From: Pseudomonadota bacterium
GTDB taxonomy: Bacteria; Pseudomonadota; Alphaproteobacteria; Caulobacterales; Parvularculaceae
Direction: 5' to 3'
Assembly (NCBI GenBank): GCA_039183665.1
Contig: JBCDBM010000001.1
Span: forward strand, 1-49,404
Length of the DNA stretch: 49,404 nucleotides
Of the stretch, positions 1 through 9,995 are shown piece by piece. The position numbers were made by a program, and so were the translations under genes. Numbering within the stretch: the first letter of the stretch is position 1; every line of letters begins with the position of its first letter. The notes below the pieces were generated by a model that ran no database searches, had not been told where the DNA came from, and saw only the letters and a program-made list of their open reading frames with translations.

Positions 1-810
1 CCGCGTTATCGCATACTCTGTTTCGGCATAGGCGCTGGCTTGGCGATATTCAAAACGCGGTAAGATATCTGAACCGTCTTCAGTGGTGTCGCGCGCAAAG
101 CCGCCTACGCGGAAGCGTGCAAAACTGAATAGATCGCCACTATCATATCGCGCCAAGACCTCATGGCTTCGAGAGTCGTTGTAAAAGTCACCGACGCCGC
201 CACCGATATCAGTGCCGGAATCGTTCACAAAAAACTGCGAATACGCGTATCGCGCTTCGATTGTGGATTCGCGCGACAAGCGATGGAAAACGTAGGGGCT
301 CCCGAAAATCGAGTACACGTTTGCGCGCTGCTGACGAGCGGCGTTCAAGTTGCCTGAAATGCGAGCCTCATCGCCAGCAAGCTGCCGTTGCGCGCTCCCC
401 GCAATATCCAGATACACCCAATCATCTATTGCCGTGAATGTTGCCGAGCCGCCTGCGTCTTGGTTGATCACGAAGTCATCTTGCTCAACAAGATAAGAGA
501 GGTCCGCCTCCCCAAGAAAAATGGCGGTGACCCGCGGCGCGCTAACGATCGCGCCGGCAGAGAAAGCGTTGGAAAGGGCGAATTCGTCTTCCTTTTGGCC
601 ATCAGGCGCCAAGTCAATGTTGGTCGAGTAGGACACGCGCGGCGACATCGCGAAGCCATAGCCCAAATAGTCCGTCTGCAGACGCAGTGGCGCTGAAGGT
701 GCGATCGACTGCGCCGCCGCCTGCGCCGTCAGGACGAATATGCTGGCCCCCGCGATTAACGTCGCCTTGCAAACACCGCCCCTAGCGCTGTGTTGTCCAT
801 AGTCACGCAT
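1..810 (-). CDS. Outer-membrane beta-barrel protein of the PEP-CTERM/XrtA EPS system (TIGR03016-like), 3' end runs off the window
   Basis: Not in the ORF track; translated by hand from ATG at 810, which overlaps the kinase stop (ATGCGTGA): MRDYGQHSARGGVCKATLIAGASIFVLTAQAAAQ (signal peptide) ...PRVSYSTNIDLAP...DDWVYLDIAG...SPYVFHRL...EARYAYSQ. Alternating aromatic beta-strand pattern; last position in a wza-wzc-kinase operon. Confidence 0.7.
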   Translation of the reverse strand, partial: MRDYGQHSARGGVCKATLIAGASIFVLTAQAAAQSIAPSAPLRLQTDYLGYGFAMSPRVSYSTNIDLAPDGQKEDEFALSNAFSAGAIVSAPRVTAIFLGEADLSYLVEQDDFVINQDAGGSATFTAIDDWVYLDIAGSAQRQLAGDEARISGNLNAARQQRANVYSIFGSPYVFHRLSRESTIEARYAYSQFFVNDSGTDIGGGVGDFYNDSRSHEVLARYDSGDLFSFARFRVGGFARDTTEDGSDILPRFEYRQASAYAETEYAITR

Positions 811-1738
811 TGCTCAAATCCCCTTTTTTGCGGTCGACGCGCGTCAACGAGTTCTCTCGTATTGCGTCGTCGCCGAGCTGTTCGTCATAACGCTCATACG
901 CTCGGTATTGCGGTCCGCCCGCACCGATCGCGCACCGATTGAGTATGAGGCTGACATTCGGATTAACGTCGAGCAGCTCATCAAGCGCCGACGCAACAGC
1001 GGGTTCCGGCGTTTGATTGGCTTCAACAACGAAGATGATTTCATCCGCCTGTTTGGCGAGAAGCACCGCATCGGGCGCAGCCAGCGCCGGCGGCGCATCC
1101 AAGATAATCAGGCGGTCCGGCGCAGCGGCCGATAAATTTGCCATGACCCGCGCGAACTCGTCCCCAGCATACAAATCTGCTGCGCGCGCCCTGACAGTTG
1201 CGTCCACATCCCCAGCGCAAAGGACAGAAAGCGGCGCCTCACTCGCGCGACGCAATAATCCGTTTACCGACAACAAAGGATTGACCAGCCGATTGAGCAG
1301 TCCGCGCTCCTGCGGCAGGTTCAAAGCTTGGCGAACTTTCGGGCGCGGCGCATCGGCGTCAATAAGCAGCGTTTCAATCTGATCTTCAATCGCAAGTGAC
1401 AGCGCCAGGTTCAGCGCAGTGAATGTCTTGCCTTCGCCGGCGCGGGTAGAGGTCGTCAAAATAACATTTCGCCGACGCCCTGATCGGATCGCGCCACGAC
1501 GCGGCGAAGCGGCGCGCAAGTAACCGAGCCGACGCAGCAGCCGACGTTTGACGGCGCGCAGTTCAAGAGCGAGCGGCGCATCGCCAAGCGCTGGGTGATA
1601 GCAACCGAGCCCAGCCAAGCGCTCAAAATTGAGATCGAACCGTCGCACGGTCGGCGCATGCCCGGCCTTTTGAGGAATAGCGACATGCTGGGTCGCAATG
1701 CGATTCAAGGGGGCGCCGATATTCTCGATTAGGGTCAT
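803..1738 (-). CDS. BY-kinase / CpsD-CapB family tyrosine autokinase (XrtA system type)
   Basis: Walker A TSTRAGEGKT, Walker A' LLIDAD, Walker B IILDAPP; short Tyr tail YRAYERY; ATGA-coupled to the chain-length gene. Confidence 0.85.
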   Translation of the reverse strand: MTLIENIGAPLNRIATQHVAIPQKAGHAPTVRRFDLNFERLAGLGCYHPALGDAPLALELRAVKRRLLRRLGYLRAASPRRGAIRSGRRRNVILTTSTRAGEGKTFTALNLALSLAIEDQIETLLIDADAPRPKVRQALNLPQERGLLNRLVNPLLSVNGLLRRASEAPLSVLCAGDVDATVRARAADLYAGDEFARVMANLSAAAPDRLIILDAPPALAAPDAVLLAKQADEIIFVVEANQTPEPAVASALDELLDVNPNVSLILNRCAIGAGGPQYRAYERYDEQLGDDAIRENSLTRVDRKKGDLSNA

Positions 1739-3282
1739 AAGGCGCGCTCCGCCGATACGATGTCAGCCCCGGCGCGCAATCCGAGAGCGGGAGCAGGCGT
1801 TTTAGGCTGCAGCGTCGTAAAGTACGCGTACAGAGCACCGATGGCTGCGAGGCCAATAGCAGCGGCGATGAGCTCTTGTCGCGCGCGCAGGTTTGTCGCG
1901 ACGGCCGCCGGCGTCTTGGCTTCGCTAAATGCGCCCAAAATCGGCAGGCCGAACGCGTCGCGCATTTCGCCAGTCTGGGTGAAGCTCTTGTCAACGAGCG
2001 TTAGGACGATAGCACTCGCGCCACCAGCCCCGACCCCGATAATCAAAATAAGCCCGGCCAACAGAAGACGCGGCGGGCCGCTCGGCGCAAGCGCCCGCTG
2101 CGGCCGTTCGAAAATCTGATAATCAACGCCCTGCCCTGAGGGGCCCAGCGTTTCACTAAGGCTCACGCGATCACGCCGCGTTAGGAGTTCCTCATAGGTG
2201 CTGCGGGTTGTCTCATAACGCCGCTCGATCTGTTGCAATTGCGCGAGCGCGGCCGGCGCCTGCAGCGCGGCTTTTTCGAGTCTCGAGAGCTCATTGCGCA
2301 ACGTTGTCTCCCGCGCTTTGGCGGAAGCAGCCGCGTCTTCGGCGATGCGCAGCTCAGCGTGCAGTCGCACATATTCAGGGTTGGAAGACAACGCCCCGCC
2401 GCCATTGTTTTCCAACTGCTCGATGCGGGCCTGGACGCCGCGAATATCAGGATGCGTCTCTTCATATTGGCTACGCAGCGCCGCCAATTCGACTTTCAGT
2501 CGATCCAACTCGCCGCCGGATGTGGTTTGAGGAATGGAACTTACCAGCGTCCGCAAGGTCGAGGCGCGCGCCTCAACGCGCTCGCGCTCATCGCGCAACC
2601 GCAACAGCTCGCTCGCCGCCACATCCCGTTGGCGCTGCACGGTTTGGGTGTCGGCCAGTTCCGCCGCATGCTGACTGCGAAACGCGGCGATCGCCTGCTC
2701 GCTCGCCGCCAGGCGCTCTTCATAATCCTCAATTTGCAAATTGAGGCGCCGCCGCGCCGGCACATCGTCAGAGAGCGTCGCGCCGAGATCCTGGGTTACA
2801 ACAAGACGCAACACCGCATCGACCACCGCGCGGGCGATTTCAGGATCGCTATTCGAATAGGAGATGACGAAATACATCTCTCTGGGACTCTCAATTTTGA
2901 TCTTGCCGGCGACCCAATCCACCATCTTTTCCAGCTTCGCCTGGCGTTCGAACGGCGTTCGCGCTTTTATCTCATCGACGAGGCCAGACTGCCGGATCAC
3001 GTGTTCCACATTGGGCCGAGTCAAAAGCTGCAAGCGCATGACGTTGACGCGTTCGGAATAGTCGGGTCGTTCGGCCAGGCCCGCAAGGATGGGCTCCAGC
3101 GCTGTCTCCGTCTGGGCAAAAACATGCGCGCGCGATTCATACTGGTTCGGGATGAGCCACAAAACGAACCATCCCGCCAAGACGACGCCCCAGGTGACGG
3201 CGACGACGAGGCGGCGACGACGCCATAAGCCGTTCAAATGCCGGATCACCGGGCGCGGCAGTTCAGATAGCTGAATCACCAA
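1735..3282 (-). CDS. Polysaccharide chain-length determinant / co-polymerase (Wzz/GumC family, XrtA system)
   Basis: N-terminal TM followed by P..YES.A, long coiled coil, Y.ETHPDI motif, P..P..PSGPPR followed by C-terminal TMs. Confidence 0.88.
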   Translation of the reverse strand: MVIQLSELPRPVIRHLNGLWRRRRLVVAVTWGVVLAGWFVLWLIPNQYESRAHVFAQTETALEPILAGLAERPDYSERVNVMRLQLLTRPNVEHVIRQSGLVDEIKARTPFERQAKLEKMVDWVAGKIKIESPREMYFVISYSNSDPEIARAVVDAVLRLVVTQDLGATLSDDVPARRRLNLQIEDYEERLAASEQAIAAFRSQHAAELADTQTVQRQRDVAASELLRLRDERERVEARASTLRTLVSSIPQTTSGGELDRLKVELAALRSQYEETHPDIRGVQARIEQLENNGGGALSSNPEYVRLHAELRIAEDAAASAKARETTLRNELSRLEKAALQAPAALAQLQQIERRYETTRSTYEELLTRRDRVSLSETLGPSGQGVDYQIFERPQRALAPSGPPRLLLAGLILIIGVGAGGASAIVLTLVDKSFTQTGEMRDAFGLPILGAFSEAKTPAAVATNLRARQELIAAAIGLAAIGALYAYFTTLQPKTPAPALGLRAGADIVSAERAL

Positions 3283-3305
3283 CTATTCCTTACACAACCT
3301 GTTTC

Positions 3306-3337
3306 GCGCCCGCCAAAAGAACGGCGTTGGCGGGCGC
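3306..3337. other. Intergenic GC-rich hairpin between wza and the chain-length gene
   Basis: GCGCCCGCCAA-N10-TTGGCGGGCGC, an 11-bp perfect stem with no U-tract on the coding strand, so more likely a stabilising or processing stem than a terminator. Confidence 0.5.
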
Positions 3338-3356
3338 TAGAGAGTAAGCGCCTCGC

Positions 3357-3998
3357 TTAGAAGACGCTTTCTGGGATCAGAATGACGTCGCCCGGAAGAA
3401 CCGGCGCGTTTGCCGAGATTTTCCCTTTGCGCAGCAGGTCATCCAGACGCAAGCGATAGGAGTCGCGCTCAGCGCCTTTGCCGCGAATGAGAACGGCGCG
3501 GTTACCGGCGGCGAATTCCGTCAAACCACCGACAGCGACCATGACGTCAAGAACGGTCATGCCCGCCTGATACGGCAACGCGATCGGCTGTTGCGCTTCG
3601 CCAAGCACCCGCACCTGTTGGTCGAACGTCGACGAGAACTCGTTTACGATGACCGTCACTTCGGGCGTTTTCACGTAGCGCTGCAAGGACAACTCGATAT
3701 CGCCGGCCAATTCGGAAGGCGTCTTGCCGGATGCAACCATGTCCTCAACGAGCGGCGTCGAGATACGGCCGTCTGGGCGTACGGTGACGTCCGTGGATAG
3801 CTCCGGCGAGCGCCAAACGAAAATCTGCAGCTGATCAAGCGGGCCAATCAGATAATCGGGCGACGCATCAGCTGCTGCAGTCGCGGACTGCGGCGCAGAA
3901 CTTAAGTCGCCGCTCGTTGCGGTCGTGCATCCCGCGAGCAAGACCAATCCGGCGGCGGCCACAGCAGCCTTGCGGAAAAATTCGGTGAAGGTTTTCAT
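3357..3998 (-). CDS. wza: Polysaccharide export lipoprotein (Wza/OPX, XrtA/PEP-CTERM type)
   Basis: Lipobox LAGC; PES motif YLIGPLDQLQIFVW..PELS..VTVRPDGRISTPL; SLBB region AVGGLTEFAAGNRA; C-terminal PGDVILIPESVF. Confidence 0.9.
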   Translation of the reverse strand: MKTFTEFFRKAAVAAAGLVLLAGCTTATSGDLSSAPQSATAAADASPDYLIGPLDQLQIFVWRSPELSTDVTVRPDGRISTPLVEDMVASGKTPSELAGDIELSLQRYVKTPEVTVIVNEFSSTFDQQVRVLGEAQQPIALPYQAGMTVLDVMVAVGGLTEFAAGNRAVLIRGKGAERDSYRLRLDDLLRKGKISANAPVLPGDVILIPESVF

Positions 3999-4096
3999 AA
4001 AGTGTCTCCTAAGAAGATCGAGTGTCCCATCAAGCGTCTATACAAGCGCCATACCCTCCAGCGCCCCCACGACTTGCGGCGATAGCTTAAAGGACC

Positions 4097-4112
4097 CGCA
4101 AATTCTTTGCCA
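4097..4112 (-). promoter_or_regulatory. Candidate sigma54 (-24/-12) promoter for the wza operon
   Basis: Minus strand reads TGGCAA-AGAAT-TTGCG (GG-N10-GC), about 100 nt upstream of the wza start; a TTAACCAT CtrA half-site lies next to it at 4120-4127. Confidence 0.55.
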
Positions 4113-4232
4113 ACGCGAATTAACCATGCGGGCCTCCCTTAAGGCGCCCGTTGAGCCTGCGTCATGGCGTACAAGTCCATGCCGCGATTCGTTTTCGCGA
4201 ACCCCTCCTGCAAAACAAATTCGCCTTTGATT

Positions 4233-4961
4233 TTAGCGGCTTCCCACCCCAAAAAGCGCGACCCGCACGGTCATCAAGATGATTATTAAATCGAGGACAG
4301 GCGTGTATCGTTGCATATACTCAAGGTCGTACCGCAGCTTCTCGCGCGCCCCCTCGATTGTAGCCGCATAATGGTACTTCACCTGCGCCCAACCGGTGAT
4401 CCCCGGCTTAACGAGATGCCGCGCATGATAGTTCGGGATCGCGCGTTCCAAATCCGAGACAAATTCCGGCCGCTCCGGGCGCGGGCCAACAAAACTCATT
4501 TCGCCCCGCAACACATTGATAACTTGCGGAATTTCATCAATACGCGTTTTCCGAATGAGACGACCAACTTTGGTCACGCGCTGATCATTTACAGCCGCGT
4601 AGCGGGGTCCGTCTTTTTCTGCATCCAAGCGCATCGACCGAAATTTGTAGACGCTGAACGCTTGGCCTTGAAATCCAACGCGCCGCTGGCGGTAGATGAC
4701 AGGCCCGGGGCTGTCGAGCTTGATGAAACAAGCGACTAGTAGCAGTAGCGGGGCAGCCACCACGAGAAGCGCGACACTTGCGCTAAGATCAATGGTCCGT
4801 TTTAGCGGCCCATGGACGGCAACGTCCTGACTAAAATCTCGCTCAATGACGGGTGCGAACGCCGCGCGTGAGGCGCGCATAGCCGCCGCCGCGCGTACGC
4901 GGCCAAGCGTCGCGCCCGCCAAAGCGGCGAGCAAAGTGAAGACTAAAATTCCAAGCGACAT
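4233..4961 (-). CDS. Priming phosphoglycosyl transferase (bacterial sugar transferase, WcaJ/HfsE-like)
   Basis: Motifs LKRTIDL, DSPGPVIYRQRRVG, YKFRSM, RIDEIPQ, GEMSFVGPRPE, KPGITGWAQV, YDLEY. Confidence 0.93.
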   Translation of the reverse strand: MSLGILVFTLLAALAGATLGRVRAAAAMRASRAAFAPVIERDFSQDVAVHGPLKRTIDLSASVALLVVAAPLLLLVACFIKLDSPGPVIYRQRRVGFQGQAFSVYKFRSMRLDAEKDGPRYAAVNDQRVTKVGRLIRKTRIDEIPQVINVLRGEMSFVGPRPERPEFVSDLERAIPNYHARHLVKPGITGWAQVKYHYAATIEGAREKLRYDLEYMQRYTPVLDLIIILMTVRVALFGVGSR

Positions 4962-4984
4962 GCAAAACGCTCCCGCCCCTCACA

Positions 4985-5000
4985 AGCACCAACTGTGCCG
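4985..5000 (-). promoter_or_regulatory. Candidate sigma54 promoter for the sugar transferase
   Basis: Minus strand reads CGGCAC-AGTTG-GTGCT (GG-N10-GC). Confidence 0.45.
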
Positions 5001-5024
5001 TCCAGGCGCTCTAGACCAGGCGAG

Positions 5025-5040
5025 CGGCACGTAAATCGCT
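5025..5040 (+). promoter_or_regulatory. Candidate sigma54 promoter for the GT4-deacetylase gene
   Basis: Plus strand reads CGGCAC-GTAAA-TCGCT (GG-N10-GC). Confidence 0.45.
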
Positions 5041-5086
5041 TCAGGAGATTGATTGTTTAGTTGCGAGGGCAAATCCCAGACGCGCC

Positions 5087-7270
5087 ATGAGACTGCTCGT
5101 CATCACAACCCTTTACCCGAATGCGGCGGCGCCCGAGCACGGCGTGTTTGTGGAAAACCGTCTACGCGCTTACTTGAGTTCCCATGATGCGGACGTCAAA
5201 GTTATTGCGCCAATTCCTTGGTTTCCCTCAAAAAACTCTCTATTCGGAAGATATGCCCGCTTCGCGACGGCGCCGCAGCGCGAACATCGACACGGCATTG
5301 AGATTCGCCACCCTCGGTATTTTCTGCCACCAAAAATTGGCATGCACTGGGCGCCCACAACGTTAACGCGCGTTATCGGCGAGGAAATCGAGGCGCTTTC
5401 CTTTGAAGGATGGGAGTGCGATATCATCGACGCCCATTATCTTTACCCTGATGGTGTGGCCGCCGCGCGGATCGCCAGGCGTTTTGACAAACCCATTGTT
5501 GTGACGGCGCGCGGCACAGATGCGAATTACATCCCGCGCTTTACCGGCCCGCGACGCCGTATTGTCGAGACAGCGCGCTCGGCCGATCGCCTGATCACGG
5601 TCTCGAACGCGCTTAAAGAGAATTTGACAGCGCTCGGAATCCCAAGGGAAAAAATCTCCGTCCTGCGCAATGGCGTCGATCTTAATACGTTCAGACCGTT
5701 GGATCGGGAGTTGATCCGCGCCGAGATGCAGTTGCACGGCCCGGTCATCGCAAGCGTCGGCCACCTGATTGATCGAAAAGGTCATGATCGCGTTATCCAA
5801 TCGCTCGCGAAAATTCCCCGCGCGACGCTTTTGATCGCTGGCGACGGGCATCGCCGTGCTCGATTGCAACAGGTGGCGCGCGACTTAGGGCTGGCGGAGC
5901 GCGTACGGTTTTTGGGGCGCGTGCCGCATGAGCGCTTGGCGCAAATCTACAATGCCGCGGATGTTCTCGCCCTCGCCTCATCGCGCGAGGGGTGGCCGAA
6001 CGTCCTCCTAGAAGCTATGGCCTGCGGCACGCCCTGTGTGGCGACGCCCGCGGGCGGCGCTCGGGAAGTCATCTCCACACAGCAGGCCGGCGCGATAACC
6101 GCGGATCGAACACCTGGCGCAATCGCAGAGGCGATAAACCACGTGCTGGCGAGCAACGGCGATCGCACGGCGGTGCGCGCTTTCGCACAGACACGGTCTT
6201 GGCAAGAGACCACAGACGCGATGGCGCAGATCTTCGAGGAATTGCGCGGCAAAGCGCACGTTAAGCAGTCTCTCAGGAAAAGTCCGGCGCCGGTATTAAC
6301 ACGCGGCCGCAAATCCGCGCCGAGGCTTCTTGTTACCGTAGATACCGAAGAAGCGTTCGACTGGTCCCAAATGGATCATTTTGAAACACGGGTTCCCGAT
6401 CCCCGCGAGGTAAAGCGATTTCAGGACGTGGCGGCCGGCATCGGCGCGCGGCCCCTGTACTTTCTAACTTATCCGTTGCTCACTGATCCTTGGACGACGC
6501 TCTTCTTCAAGGCGCTCAAGATAAGCGGCGCAGCCGATTGCGGCGTCCATTTGCACCCATGGTCGACCCCGCCTGCGTTCGAGACCGGCGCGTACTACTC
6601 GTTTCAGAAAAATCTGCCTGCAGAGGTTTATCGCGCTAAATTGCAGGCGCTAGCCGGCGCCTATGCGCGCGCCTTTGGCGAAACCGCGATCGCGCATCGC
6701 GCGGGGCGCTATGGCATCAGCGAAACAGATTATGCTCTGTTATCTGAAGTCGGGATCCGGTTGGATTTTAGTCCGAGCGCCGGATTCGATTTTTCAAGTG
6801 CTGGCGGGCCCGATTTTCGTCGACAGTCCAATGACCAAAGCTTGGTTTCAGGACCTGATTGGCGGGTGGGCGTAACCCCAGTTTCGGGCGCTAGAGCGAT
6901 TGAACGCACGCGATTCTTTATGAACAAACCCGGGCTGATCTCTCAGCTCTTGCCGACAACTACGCTGCGCTTGTCGCCAGAGGGGGCAGATTTGGACGAT
7001 TTGAAAGCCCTCACCCGACAGTTGTGCGCGCGCGGCGCGCCAATCCTTACCTTTACGCTCCACTCAACGTCGCTAACGCCGGGCGCCAATCCCTACGCCG
7101 CTAATGAAAAAGCTGTGAACGCTCTGCTTGCCCGATCCGCAGCGTATCTCAACTGGTTCGTGGGCGATTTGGGCGGTCAATTGGTCTCCCTCGCCGACGT
7201 CGCCAAGAGTTTTGGATTCGAGCGCGCCGAGCCGCGTAGCCTTAACGCACCGTTAAGCCGGCGGGCCTAA
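5087..7270 (+). CDS. Fusion of a GT4 glycosyltransferase (TuaC/WlbH-like) and a WalW-like CE4 polysaccharide deacetylase
   Basis: N-terminal ~385 aa: DAHYLYPDG, VLRNGVD, SVGHLIDRKG, EGWPNVLLEAMACG (EX7E). C-terminal ~320 aa: VTVDTEE, GVHLHPW, HRAGRYG, LHSTSL.PG.NPY. Confidence 0.82.
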   Translation: MRLLVITTLYPNAAAPEHGVFVENRLRAYLSSHDADVKVIAPIPWFPSKNSLFGRYARFATAPQREHRHGIEIRHPRYFLPPKIGMHWAPTTLTRVIGEEIEALSFEGWECDIIDAHYLYPDGVAAARIARRFDKPIVVTARGTDANYIPRFTGPRRRIVETARSADRLITVSNALKENLTALGIPREKISVLRNGVDLNTFRPLDRELIRAEMQLHGPVIASVGHLIDRKGHDRVIQSLAKIPRATLLIAGDGHRRARLQQVARDLGLAERVRFLGRVPHERLAQIYNAADVLALASSREGWPNVLLEAMACGTPCVATPAGGAREVISTQQAGAITADRTPGAIAEAINHVLASNGDRTAVRAFAQTRSWQETTDAMAQIFEELRGKAHVKQSLRKSPAPVLTRGRKSAPRLLVTVDTEEAFDWSQMDHFETRVPDPREVKRFQDVAAGIGARPLYFLTYPLLTDPWTTLFFKALKISGAADCGVHLHPWSTPPAFETGAYYSFQKNLPAEVYRAKLQALAGAYARAFGETAIAHRAGRYGISETDYALLSEVGIRLDFSPSAGFDFSSAGGPDFRRQSNDQSLVSGPDWRVGVTPVSGARAIERTRFFMNKPGLISQLLPTTTLRLSPEGADLDDLKALTRQLCARGAPILTFTLHSTSLTPGANPYAANEKAVNALLARSAAYLNWFVGDLGGQLVSLADVAKSFGFERAEPRSLNAPLSRRA
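7242..7256. promoter_or_regulatory. CtrA box upstream of the FliO-like gene
   Basis: Perfect TTAA-CGCACCG-TTAA, 65 nt upstream of the ATG at 7322. Confidence 0.7.
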
Positions 7271-7321
7271 TTTTAACGGTGAACGGCGATACGCACAAAA
7301 CCATCATGGCGGAGAAGGCCC

Positions 7322-7777
7322 ATGCTTTTCGAAGAAGGCGCACGTTTGATTTTCGCATTTGTGGCCGTTTTGGGCATGATCGGAGCCGCCGCGTATATCG
7401 CACGCAAAGTCGGGCTCGGCGCCGCCGATCAATCGGGCGCGGGAAAGAAGCGCCTCTCTTTGGTGGAAACGCTGACCGTAGATCCCCGTCGGCGAATCGC
7501 CATTATCCGATGCGACGAGAAAGAGCATCTCATCGCGTTTGGTCCTGAAAGCGAGACAGTGATCGAACGGGATCTCAACGCGATACCCAGACAAAGCGTC
7601 TATCGCCCGGGGGCGTCGCACCAGTTGATGTCATGGCGCCACGACTTGGCTGGCGACTCGGATACCGAACAAAAAGAAACCACGAATATTGAAACGGTCG
7701 CAGGTGAACACGAAGGGCCGCTCATGCGGCTCGCACGGTTCGCTCGCAACACCTCGCTCTTTTCGAAAGCAAGTTGA
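7322..7777 (+). CDS. fliO: FliO/MopB family flagellar biosynthesis protein (orphan)
   Basis: Single N-terminal TM (RLIFAFVAVLGMIGAAAYIARK) followed by KRLSLVETLTVDPRRRIAIIRCDEKEHLI, the typical alphaproteobacterial FliO pattern. Confidence 0.78.
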   Translation: MLFEEGARLIFAFVAVLGMIGAAAYIARKVGLGAADQSGAGKKRLSLVETLTVDPRRRIAIIRCDEKEHLIAFGPESETVIERDLNAIPRQSVYRPGASHQLMSWRHDLAGDSDTEQKETTNIETVAGEHEGPLMRLARFARNTSLFSKAS

Positions 7778-7787
7778 GCGTCCAGGC

Positions 7788-9995
<2,208 letters not shown>

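Noticed and set aside
2208-3228. Long plus-strand ORFs (331 aa, 178 aa) opposite the chain-length gene
   Set aside because: Antisense shadow frames of a GC-rich gene; no motifs, RBS or protein-like composition.
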